Shown piece by piece: positions 17,306 to 29,500 of a stretch of DNA of 64,000 nt; the first letter of the stretch is position 1, and each line of letters opens with the position of its first letter. Position numbers and translations under genes: made by a program. Below the pieces are notes generated by a model that was not told the DNA's origin, ran no database searches, and saw nothing but the letters and a program-made list of their open reading frames with translations. The DNA lies in contig NC_058134.1 of assembly GCF_016433145.1 (NCBI RefSeq), positions 197,495,804 to 197,559,803 on the forward strand, written 5' to 3'. This DNA is from Gracilinanus agilis. Its lineage: Eukaryota.

Positions 17306-20199
17306 GTAAGTCACTCCTCTGGCTCCCTCCAGCTTCTACCCTCTGGGCCTTGGTTCTGTTCAGGCAGAGGAAGAGAAATCTAGAAAGGAGGCGGGAGGTC
17401 TTGGTTTTCTAGGTAGTGGGGGTCAGCGCAGACTGGACATTAATTAGTTAACAGGCTTTGTACTGTGGGGGAGGAAGAGGAAAGGGGAAGTTGGGTTTTT
17501 CTCGGAGAAGTCTGGTTCAGCCCAGATTTACCTCTATCCCAGCCCCCAAAGCAACCGGCACTGAACTCGAGGCTCGCCTCCATTTGAGCTTAGAGGGGCA
17601 AAAGAAATGGGTGTCCTCACTTTGGTGGCTCCCATGAGACCCTTTTGGGGGCATAACTTGCTATTCTTTCCCCCCCAGAAGTGAGTATTTCTCAGAACTC
17701 GAGCACTAAGGTCCCTGATTTTATTTTTGTACGGTTTCTCCTTGAAGGCCATCATCTGTCCATTCATTCATTCTCACTGCTGGAACTTTGGTCTCTTTCT
17801 GTCTCTCTCCCTCTCAGTCTCTGCCTCTCTTTCTCTCTCCCTTCTTTCCTCTGTCTGTCTGTCTCCGTCTTTCTGAGTCTCTTTCTCTCTGTCTCTGTCT
17901 CTCTTTCTGCAAGACTCCAGACCCTGACCCTCTGAGGCAGCATCTCTAACCACCTCCACCTGAAACTGTACCCCATCCTCAACTTCTTCTTTCTGCCATT
18001 CTTTCAGGAAACTTGGCTTGGCATCTCAGAATTCTCTTTAATTTCTCTTTCTCCTTTGGGGGACCAAATCCTTTCAATGTTCTTTTTTAAAAAACCAATT
18101 CAGTAAACATTTATTAAGCACCTATTGTGTACATAGCTCCATTGTAAGTGCAGGAAGCTGTTTATAAAGATAGAAAATTTTGTTAAGGCTTTGCCCTAAT
18201 AAACCTTATACTGTCTACACATTCTTCCCAGTGTATCATCTCTCTCTCTCATTATCACGACGATAATCCAGTCCCTTATTCTCTCGTGTTTGTATTATTG
18301 AAATAATTTCCCTGCCTTCAGGCTCCTCACTTTTTAGAGAGTCAGCTAGATGGAGTTTCAGGACTAGAGAAAGGAAGACCTGAGTTCAAATGTGACCTCA
18401 GGGTCTCAGCTATGAGACCTTGGGCAAGTCACGTAATCTCCATCTTTGTTTTCTTCCTCTATATAATGGGGATCTAAGGGCATCTTCCTCACAGTTGTGA
18501 CGATCAAATGAGAGAATATTTGTAAAGTGCCAGCATGGGGCAGGCACTTTATAAATGCAGATTCCCTTCCCCGTATGCATCCTGCAGCCATGCTGCTCCC
18601 CAGCCAATCTTCTGAAATGACCTATTTGTGCAGATTCTCCTCAGAAATCTTTGATGACACTATATAGATTTGCTGCAGAATCATCTGTCAATAAGCATAT
18701 TTAATACCCACACTGCTGGGAATCTTAACCCAGAGTCTCTGAACTTGGAATTTTTTTTTATAACTGTATTTCAATATGATTGGCTTCCTTTGTGTTTTAT
18801 ATATTTTATACCATTAAAAACATTATTTTGAGGAGGTGTCGAGGTTTCACCAGATAATCAAAGGAGTCTAGAGGTTGGGGATACAGAGGCAAAAGCGCAA
18901 GAGTTCCTGGCCTCAAAGAACCTATTCTATCAGAGGAAAGCACAGATGAACACACATAAAACACTTTTAAAGCAAACACAAAGTGATTTCCCTTCCCTTT
19001 CCCCAGGAATTTAGGATTGTTCTAGCAGCTGGGGGGGAATCAGGGAAAGACCTCAGTTTTTAGCTGATCTTTGAAGAGAAGAGATGCAGGTGAAGGAATT
19101 TATTCTCTATCCAGAGATGAGAGATGGAATGTTGAATTCTAAGCCAGAAGGCAAGGGCTTAACGACAACAACAAAAAGCTGGCATAGGAAAAGTGAGCAG
19201 GAGCTGGGTTGTAAATGCAGTCTTTTCTCTTTGGTCCCAGAGGCAGTAAGGAGCCACTGGAGTACCTTGAGCAGGGAAGGAATGGGGTCCTCCCTGTGCT
19301 TTGGCACCTGGTAGAGGGTAGATTGGAAAAAGGAAGAGGAAACATAACAGAGGGAGGCCAATTCGGAGACTATCGCAATAGTCCAGGCAAAAGGTAATGA
19401 AGGTTTTGGTTTCAATTGAGAGAATATCTAGACATATATTAAAGGAGGATGACAAGATCTGGGGTGAAGGAAGAGTGAGGATACAAGAATGAAATCCTCC
19501 AAGTCAGGGTTCAGAACAAAATGAATTCCTCAGCTTGTCTTTGCTTCCATCCTGATGTACTACGAATTTATTTTATGTAACAATAGGAAGGCAATTCTTT
19601 TTTTTAACCCTTATCTTCTATCAACATCAATTCTTTAAAATAAAAACAAAAAAATCCAAAAAAAGCAGGGCTTAACGACAACAACAAAAAGCTGGCATAG
19701 GAAAAGTGAGCAGGAGCTGGGTTGTCATATAGTGCATATTTCCATATTCCTTATGACATAAAAGACACACATTGCATATACAATTTCTAGCTCTTTGCTA
19801 TTACAAAAAGGGTGGCTGTAAATATTTGGTCCTTTTCTTCTTTTTTTCTTTAACCTCTATGGGATCTAAGCCTTGTAATGTTATTTCTAGGGCAAAAGGT
19901 ACACATAATTTAGTAACTTTTGGAAAGAGTTCCAAATTGCTTTCCAGAATTTGCCTGGTCTATTTACAGTAGAGCTCTACTAGGTCTCCCTGCCTCAAGT
20001 CCCTCCCTGCTCCAAATCATCCTCCCCAAGTGATTTTCCTAAAGTTCACATTTTACCTTCTCATCCCCACCCTCACCCCCAGACAATAAACTCTAGCCTC
20101 TCCCTGTGCCCTTCAGGAGCCAGTCTCAAATCCTCTGTTTTGGTCTCCAAAGCCCTTCTACAAATGGTTGCCTTCCTACCCTCTTCCTTTTTTTTTTTT

Positions 20200-20560
20200 T
20201 TAAGTTTAATTTAATTTTTCTGCAATTACACGTGAAAAAAATTTCCACCATTTAAAAAGGAGTTTTGAATCTCAAATACCACCACCCGTGATAAGGAATC
20301 TGATCTAGATTTTACACATGCAACATGTAAAACATTTGTCTACTGTAATCCTTTTGTGGAAGGAAACTCAAACAAAAACAAATGAAGAAGGAAAGTGAAA
20401 GAAGTTGGCTTTGGTCTGGAATCAGACTCCATCGGTTCTTCCTTTGGAAGCTGATGGCATTTTTTTAACACAAGTCCTTTGAGATTGGCTTGGACCATCG
20501 TACTGCTGAGGATAACTAAGTTTTTCACAGTTGGTCACTGTGCAATATTGCTGTCACTTG
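20200..20560 (-). mobile_element. L1 3' end fragment (marsupial)
   Basis: T-rich tail then L1 3'UTR-like sequence; similar pieces at ~39160-39490 and ~46880-47225. Confidence 0.55.
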
Positions 20561-22299
20561 GGAAGATGTTCTCCTGGTACATTCTGACCTTCTTAACCTG
20601 TTCCCCACTTTTGCCAACTCTGCTGTTCCTCGAACTCTCATTTTCTGTGTCTTTGTCCTCGTGGTCTGGCTGCTGAGGGAATTCTCCCCCTCGGTTTCCG
20701 CCTCTGATTGTCCCTGGCTTCCAAATCCCACCATGTATAGCGACATTTCTGGCCGCCCATCGATGCTCTTAGCCCCTTCTCCTTGGAGGTTCCCAGACAT
20801 CTACCTGGTACGGAACTGGCAGATGCTGAGCTGATTTCCACGTTGCAGGAATGTGAGCTCCTTGAAAAGGGTTTCTACCTTTTTTTGTACTCCCAGCCCT
20901 TCTGATTAGCACTTAGTTCCTGTGAAGTTATTAGCACCAAGGCCTCTGCCTTCGTAGGGGCTCCACGAAAGCCTGGCCTTGCAGTGGGAATAAGACCTTG
21001 TGTGCAGATCTCTGTGCGCGCACCCAACCTGGCTATCTTCTAACGAGGGTGCGCCTAGTCTTTCCAAATCAATACTTCCCTTCCCTTCTCCTTCTGACCT
21101 TAAATGGCAAAGACGATATAGCTTTTGCCTTCCTATTGCCATCTCCTTGGCTTACCCAAATCCCTGTATCCTGGGATGCTCTGGGTCCGTTTCCCTCCCA
21201 GAATGGAATCCCATTGATGGTGGTGGGAATTGCGCTTCTCTCATCATTTGGTGGTTGGCCATATCCCTCCCAGTCCTAAGAATTGCAGGGTAGGGAGCCA
21301 GGGGGAGGAGGGAGAGCATCATAGCATCATAGGGATGGACGGTGTCCAGAGGAGCTCATTCAACCAACCCCATCGTTTTGCAGGTAAGAAGAGGCAAATG
21401 CCCGGAGATCTGCCCAAGATTATGAAGGAGGGGGTTCAGCATTACTCCTGGGATCGGAACCCAGGTCTCTCGATTCCAAAGCCAGGGCTCTGTCCATTTC
21501 ACTGGGTTGCTTTGGGAAAATTGACTGGTGGATATTAAAATCAATAATTAAAATGACTTGTGGAGAGTGAGAAGCCCCCAGGCCTCTTCCTCAAGCTGTA
21601 GATCCTCCTCTACTCCCAACATCTGCTCTCTTCCTGGAATGATCACCAAGCTAGGAGGTTAGCCAGGACCCACTCCCACAGGCTGGAGGCAGGCGGCCCA
21701 CAAAGTGGGGGTAGGGAAGGCAAGTTCTGGGGTTCCGTTACTCACCTGGCCCCTGAGTGGGGAGCACACCCAGGCCCTACCCCAGGGGCCACCTGGTGCT
21801 CATCTTGTCCCTTATTTGACTTCCGTGCCTTGCTGGGGCAAGAAGAAGGCTCTCCTCCTCCTCCTCCTTGAACATTATGGCTCAAGCCCTGCTTGGGGGT
21901 GTCCTCTTCCAGACCCTCCTCTGTCCAAGCCTGTCCCCTAGCAGAGAGGGAGCCTCCATTGTCATTTGACTATTTCTCCAGCTTGTTCTCCTTCTCTTCT
22001 GAGCATGGACAGGGACCAGAGAAGCGATCAAGATGGAGGAGGGACTTGGAGGAGGGGAGGAGAGAAGGCTTAGAAGTCACCGGTTCCCCTGTTGGGGTGA
22101 CTCGCCTCCTGCGCCCATAGGAGCATGCTTTTGCGTGTGAGGTCACGTGTGGCCTTGGGGAGCAGGTGTGCGGAGGAGCCTCCGTGTTTTTGTGTGCATG
22201 TCGCCATCACACACGTGTACATGTTCCTGCATGGCATGTTCTATGTGTGCTAAGAAATCACATGCTTGAGTGAGATGGGCCACCTCCCACCCCACCAGG

Positions 22300-22544
22300 C
22301 TCTGCTTTCTGGGCTCTGCAGCAAAAGGAGAAGTAGAAGTGAGTTCCCTGTGGGGGTCTGGCCTCACCCCTTCCTGTCCCCGCCCCCCCACCCTCGGCCG
22401 CCCTGTGCTAGTGGTGCCGCTGGGGCCAGTGAGAGGAGGGCTTGGGCTCGGCAGTACCAGGGGAGAGCTCGCAGCCGGGACCTGGGCCTCCTCTCTTGTC
22501 CTCCCTCCTCACTGTCAGCCTGCACCAAAGGAAGTCTTCCCAGG
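22300..22544 (+). promoter_or_regulatory. PTPN6: PTPN6 P2 (haematopoietic) promoter / 5'UTR
   Basis: AAAAGGAGAAGT (PU.1-like), GTGAGTTCCC, GC box CCCCGCCCCC and AAAGGAAGT directly upstream of the MVR exon. Confidence 0.6.
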
Positions 22545-22552
22545 ATGGTGAG
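22545..22552 (+). CDS. PTPN6: PTPN6 exon 2 coding part (MVR)
   Basis: ATGGTGAG|GTAAGG. Confidence 0.92.
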
Positions 22553-23442
22553 GTAAGGACCGATGGGCGAAGGATGCTGGAGCCGTGCGGGGCAGCCGAA
22601 GGGCCGAGTCCCGAGCTCTTTCCTGCCTCCTTCTCCCCTCTGTGGATGGCACCCAGCCTCCCCTTTTGTCACCCTCACCCCCGGCTGTGGGTTCCTTCTG
22701 CAGGTGGTTTCACCGAGATCTCAGTGGGTTGGATGCTGAGACTTTGCTAAAGGGCCGTGGAGTCCACGGAAGCTTCTTGGCCCGGCCCAGCAGAAAGAAC
22801 CAGGGAGACTTTTCCCTCTCAGTCAGGTGGGTGCCCGTACCTCCTCTGGACCACTTACCTCCCTCCCCACCCCCCAGGGATATCCTCGGGCTCCCTGGGC
22901 TTCCCCATGGCCTTGTGCCACCACGAAGGAGACTCTTCCCAGCAAACCTCAGGTTCCTGAGCTGTCCGCTGCTCCCTGCCCCATCCTTCAGCTCTTGTTC
23001 TGGCCTGGAGCCTTCCACGGCCCCTTCCCACTGTTCCTGGTTGGTATCCCACAGGGTAGGAGACCAAGTGACCCACATTCGCATCCAGAACTCTGGGGAT
23101 TTCTACGATCTCTATGGAGGAGAGAAGTTTGCCACATTGACAGAGCTGGTGGAGTATTACACTCAGCAGCAGGGCGTCCTACAGGACCGTGATGGCACCA
23201 TCATCCACCTCAAATACCCACTCAACTGCTCTGACCCCACCAGTGAGAGGTGAGGCAGCTATTACCCCTAAGTTCTTAATCCCATTAAAAGTCAGTTTAG
23301 CTGTGACCCTCATTTCTTAGTCCAGGGGTCTTGAACCCTGGTGTAACATCAGGAAAACCCTCCTAACCTACCCCTCTACCACAGAGGTCATCTAGTTCAG
23401 TCTCTCACCTGGTTCAATAATTCTTTCTTTCTTTCTTTCTTC

Positions 23443-23501
<59 letters not shown>

Positions 23502-26500
23502 NNNNNNNNNNNNNNNNNNNNNNNNNNNNNNNNNNNNNNNNNNNNNNNNNNNNNNNNNNNNNNNNNNNNNNNNNNNNNNNNNNNNNNNNNNNNNNNNNNN
23601 NNNNNNNNNNNNNNNNNNNNNNNNNNNNNNNNNNNNNNNNNNNNNNNNNNNNNNNNNNNNNNNNNNNNNNNNNNNNNNNNNNNNNNNNNNNNNNNNNNNN
23701 NNNNNNNNNNNNNNNNNNNNNNNNNNNNNNNNNNNNNNNNNNNNNNNNNNNNNNNNNNNNNNNNNNNNNNNNNNNNNNNNNNNNNNNNNNNNNNNNNNNN
23801 NNNNNNNNNNNNNNNNNNNNNNNNNNNNNNNNNNNNNNNNNNNNNNNNNNNNNNNNNNNNNNNNNNNNNNNNNNNNNNNNNNNNNNNNNNNNNNNNNNNN
23901 NNNNNNNNNNNNNNNNNNNNNNNNNNNNNNNNNNNNNNNNNNNNNNNNNNNNNNNNNNNNNNNNNNNNNNNNNNNNNNNNNNNNNNNNNNNNNNNNNNCT
24001 TTCCTTCTGTCTTAGAATTGATACTATCAGTTCCAAGGCAGAAGAGCAGTAAAGACTAGGTAATGAGGGCTAAATGATTTGCCTGGGGTCACATAGTAAG
24101 TGTCTGAGGCCAGATTTGAACCTAGGACTTCCTATCACCAAGCTTGGCTCTCTATCAGCTGAGCCACTTAGCTGCCCCAAGAATCCCTTCTATGACATGC
24201 CTGTAAGTGATCATTACACTTGGATGTTTAATTACCCCAGAGATAGACTGATGGACAGCTTCGGCTCTTTTTAGAGAGTCCTTTCTCTTTAGAGCCCAAA
24301 TCCACCTCTTTGTAACTTCTATCTATTGCTGCTCCTTCAATCTGAAGCTACATAGAATGAATTTGTTTCTTTTCCAGCAGGAGAACATATTCTCCCTCAA
24401 TCTGCTCTTGTCTAGCCTAAATGTCCCCACTTACATCACTCTTTCCTCATCTGACATGATTTGCAGACCATATTTATCAGTGTCCCTCGTAAAAAGGTAG
24501 TGTCCAGAATTGAGGGCCATACACCAGCCTTGGCCTGATCAGAGTATAGAGGGATTCTCAGTCCGAACACTGTCCTTTTAATTTTTCATTAGTTTTTAAA
24601 AAAACAACTATCACAGCATTCTTCATATCTTTGAGGAAGGCTAGATGACCATTTGTTGGGTATACTGTAGAAAGCATTCAAGCTTAGGTATTGCTTGGAC
24701 CAGAAAACCTCTAATGTCCTTTCCAAGCCTAAGATTTGATGATTCTGAAATTAAGCTAACAATCAACTAAAATATCCAGGTGTTTTCACATTGCCTTCTG
24801 CCAAACCACGTTGGCCCGCCCTATTCTTGGGCAATGAGTTGGTCAGCTTATAATGAATCTTGTTTCTTCTACATTATCTGTTGATTAGCAAAGTAGACTT
24901 TCTATGCCATTATCCCAAGTCATTGATTTGAAATATCAAATAGGATAAGACTAAGAAAAGAGTCCTAGAGCATGCCATTAAATACCTTCTTCCACACTGG
25001 CACATCGATATTATTCATTATGTTTTAGTGACTTTATCTCTTAAACAGGAAAGTTTCAGACCTGGCTTCAACCTCAACTTTCCACCCCTTCCTTGGTAAT
25101 TCAGCGATGCCACCTCAGCTGATTTTTTTTTTTACATACCCATCTATCATGTTCTTGTAGCCTTTTCCATTTCCACTTAGGTCTACCAAGGACACGGGGT
25201 GGGGAGGTTGGAGAGGAAGGTTGAGGATCATAAAGGACAGAAGCCACAGGTGCTATTGAGGGACTCAACAAACAAAAGTTTGAATGATCCATGGGAAAGA
25301 CAGTGGCAGATAGACTTGGGTTAAGGTATGCAGGAAAAGGAATTAAAAGAAGCCAGGAGGGGCAGCTAGGTGGTCCAGTGGATGGAGAGCCAGACCTAGA
25401 GACAGGAGGTCCTGGGTTCAAAGACACTTCCTAGCTGTGTGACCCTGGGCAAGTCACTTCACCCCCATTGCCTAGTATTTACTGATCTTCTACCTTGGAA
25501 CTGATACTCAAATGAGTTATAAGACAGAAGATAAAGGTTTAAAAAACAAAAAGACAGAAGAAGCAACCAAGGCAGGGCCAAGGGTTGGGGAACAGTAAAG
25601 ACACTGGATTTTAATAAAGACCAGCCTGAGGGAGAGCTTCAAAGAGATGACTGTGAGTGATTGGTCACCCCCCAACCTTGGGTGTCTGGGTTGCCCAATG
25701 GGGTGCTCTCTGGGTAGAAAAGAGAGTTTACCGCCAACAGTCTTCCTCGGCACCTTTCTCTTCCCTTTCCTTTGGGTACAAAGTGGTTTCCTTTGGGAAT
25801 TTGCATCTGCCCCCTCTGTACCTGAGTACTTGGCTGTGGGCAAGTCAGTATTTGCATGGACACTTCCTCATCCTGTTATTGGAGGTGGGGGACCAGGGAG
25901 GAAGCTTTAGACCCTTTCCTCCTCCACCCGAGGGGGCAGGCTGCCTCGGCTGGGTGGTAGGGTTCGGGGAGCAAACTCTGGGGTCCTTGGGTCAGTGGTC
26001 ACTGAGGCCCCGGCCTCTTCTAGGCGAGCCCTGAAAAAATGAGCTTCTTTTTCTGCAGTCTGTCCTCCCCTCCCCCTCCTGCCCCAGCATCCCTGCGGTT
26101 GGAAAATCTCAACCCCCCCTCATCCCCCAGGCTGAAGAAACCTCACTTCTCACTCTCTCCCCAGAGGGAGCTTTTTGCTTTTTCCATCACGTGTTTTCCT
26201 GTGGGGCTGGGCAGCCCTGGGGTTAACTGTTTCCTCTAGGGAACAAGTTGGGGGGGCGGGGAGAGTTGAGGAGATGCTGGGGAAAGGCTCCAGTTCTGCT
26301 TTCTGGACTGACCCCTGAACCCCGCAGCCCCCCAGTCCTGTCCCTTCTTGACCGTGATGTGATGCTGGGCACCTCCGGGTCCCCCCTCCAGCTCTGGCAC
26401 CAGAGAGCCTGGGGATGTCCCTGCCTCTCCCGGAAGGCTATCTCCCAGGACTTTCTTCTTCCTTCCACTTCCCCTCTCTCCTGATCCTTGTCTGGTCCAC

Positions 26501-29500
26501 AGAGATGGCTCTGAGCCTGGCACTCGTGAGGAACATCTGCCAAGGCGTCGAGTCTCCCGCCTCTGCCTTCCCTTCTTGTTCCCCGGCTTCCCATCACCTC
26601 TCTGGCTCCCTCGTCCCTGCTTCCTAATCTCTGGCTCTCTCCGTCTTCTTGACCCTTTTCATGTCTCTGGCTCTGACTCTCCTCGCCTCGAGGGGCTCCA
26701 TCCGTCCCCCCAACTCCTCCTTCTGTCCCATCAGGTGGTACCACGGCCACATTTCGGGAGCCCAGGCGGAGACGCTGCTTCAGGCTAAGGGGGAGCCCTG
26801 GACGTTTCTGGTCCGCGAGAGCCTGAGCCAGCCGGGCGATTTTGTGCTCTCGGTGCTCAGTGACCAGCCCAAGGCCGGCCCAGGCTCCCCACTCAGAGTC
26901 ACTCACATCAAAGTGATGTGCGAGGTGAGATGGGCGCCATGGCAGGTGGGGCCAGGATGTCTGGGGGGGCCGGGGCCCCCCACCCTCTCATCTAGGGGGT
27001 CCCAATGGGAGATGCCGATCGGATGGCTGATATGGGTCTTCTCTCATGACACGAGCCACAGGGAAGTGTGGATTCCACGAAAGCGCTGGTAGAACCGATA
27101 TCAGACTATTTGTTATCTCCTGTAGGTTATCCATCATATATATAAGTATATGATATATTATTCTAGTATATAATATAGTATATAACAACATAAATATATA
27201 GAAAACTATCTGATATCAGCTCTCAGTTATGGAGAGAGGAAGGGAGAAAACCGGAATCCGAAAATGGCAGAAAACCATTGTCAAAAATTGTTTTTCTGTG
27301 AATAAAGACATTTTTAAAAGGAGAGTATAAATGGGGAGAGCACCCCCCCAAAGCAGCAGGGAAATGTCCTGTCTTCACTCCAGGGAATGCCCACCCTGGT
27401 TAAAGGGGTAATGGCAAGGCAGAGGCTAGGATTTCCAGATTTATCCTGGTGGGGGCTGACACATGGGGCTGAGATCAAGGCTGAGCTTGGAGAGGTCTTG
27501 GGACTTCTGTCTCTTCTTCTCACTTCTCCTCGTCACATCCTCGCCTTGGGTCTCTCAGGCTAGCCGTTACACCGTGGGTGGTTCTGAGACCTTCGACAGC
27601 CTCACAGACCTGGTGGAACATTTTAAGAAGACAGGAATCGAGGAGGCCTCGGGGACCTTTGTCTACCTGCGCCAGGTGAGCAGAGGCTCCCCCAGGTGTC
27701 TGTCTGCTCCTCCCCGATGATCCCTGCCTGCTGGCTCTGCCTCGGAATTCCCCGACCCAGACTCACTCTCCCTTCCCTTTTTCTCCCCAATTTCTGCCCA
27801 ATTTTCTCCCCAGCCCTATTATGCCACCAGAGTGAATGCAGCTGACATAGAGAACCGGGTCTTGGAGTTGAACAAGAAGCAGCAGGTAGAGGAGACATCC
27901 AAGGCTGGATTCTGGGAGGAGTTTGAGGTGAGCCTGCCAGACGGGGCTAGTCCAGTGCCCTGTGGGTTACCGTCCGTGGCATCTGGGTTGTAAAACGTAA
28001 CCCATACGTATGCATGGCTTGTCGTGTGCGAGGCCGGTGATGCCCCAAAATGATGGGTTTTCCTCAAGGCTCTGTCTAGATCTTTCTTCTTTCACTCTCT
28101 CAGTGACCTCAGCGACTCACATGAGCTTCATTATTATCTCTGTACGGAGGACTCCTAATCTGTATAACTAGGACTTTTTGCCTTAGCTGCATGGCCAGCT
28201 GCCCATTAGACATTGCAAAGTGGATGTCATGGAGGCATCTGAAACTCCAACTGTCCAAAACAGAATTCATTATCTTTCCCCCAAAACCTTCCCCTCTTCC
28301 AAATTTTTCCCTTACCTTTTTTTATACCCTTACCTTTTCAGACCCTTTTCTGTTACTTTTTTTTAAAACCCTTACCGCGTATCTTAGCATCAAGAATTCC
28401 AAGGCAGAAGAGTGATAAGGGCTAGGTGATGGGGGTTAAGTGACTTGCCCAGGGTCATACAGCTAAGAAGCGTCTGAGACCAGAGTGGTCTCCAGACCTG
28501 GCTTTCTATCCACTGAGCCACCTGGCTGCCCTTCCTATTACTTTTGAGATCTCTTATGCCTTTCCAGTCACCCAGGTTTGTCACCAATGGCCAACAGTCA
28601 ATAAATATTTATTAAGGGCTATAAAAAAAAAAAGATAAAGATGATCCTTGCCCTTAGGGAGCTCACAGGCTAAGGAGGGAGACATCTTGCCAGTAGGTGT
28701 GTTAGGATAAACTGAAAATAATTGACAGAGAGAAGACACCAGAATTAAGGGGGAGAGGGAAAGGTTTTCTGTAGCAGGTAGCATGCTAACTGGGACCTGA
28801 AGGAAGCCAGGGAAGCGGGAACGCTGTGCCCCTGGGGGAGGAGAGTGGAGTAGAAGGTGTAGGAAGATCAAGAAGATGGGGAAGAGGGCCCTCTCTCTTC
28901 TCTCATCTAATACCATCGATTGCTGGATCTTCCTTCTACCCCCACATTTCTAGTGTCTGTTTCTTCCATCTACACACAGAAATACCAGATGCTTCATGAT
29001 AGGTGCAAACACTTACAAAGCACTTTAAAGCTTGCAAAGCGCTTTATATAGATGTATCTACACACACACACACTCATTTTATCCTCCAAAACAATCGTGT
29101 GAGATAAGTACGATCGCTATCCCCTTGAGATGGACAGGGAGCCTGAGACTGTCATTTGCCCTGCTTGGGTCTCCAGTCTTCCTGATGCCGTGTCCATCTG
29201 TCTAGTCATTCTATCACCTCATTCAGGGTTTAATCCCCTTTCACTTAGAATATTAAAAAAAATGTTTCCCTTCCATTTTAGAATCAATACTGTGTATTGG
29301 TTCCAAGGCAAAATAATGGTAAGGGTTAGGTGACTTGCCCAGGGTCACCTGTTAGGAAGTATCTGAGATCAGATTTGAACCCAGGGACCTCCCATCTCTA
29401 GTTCTGCTTTTCTTTCTGTTGAACCACCCAGCTGCTTACATCACCTATATTATTTTAATAATTTCCTAATTGGTTTCCCTCCTCCAATTCATCCTCCACA

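Noticed and set aside
21018-21054. 8-bp inverted repeat GCGCACCC/GGGTGCGC
   Set aside because: Stems this short are expected many times by chance in 64 kb
23392-24036. ORFs containing X runs (also ~46644-46989 and ~59622-60179)
   Set aside because: Artefacts of N gaps
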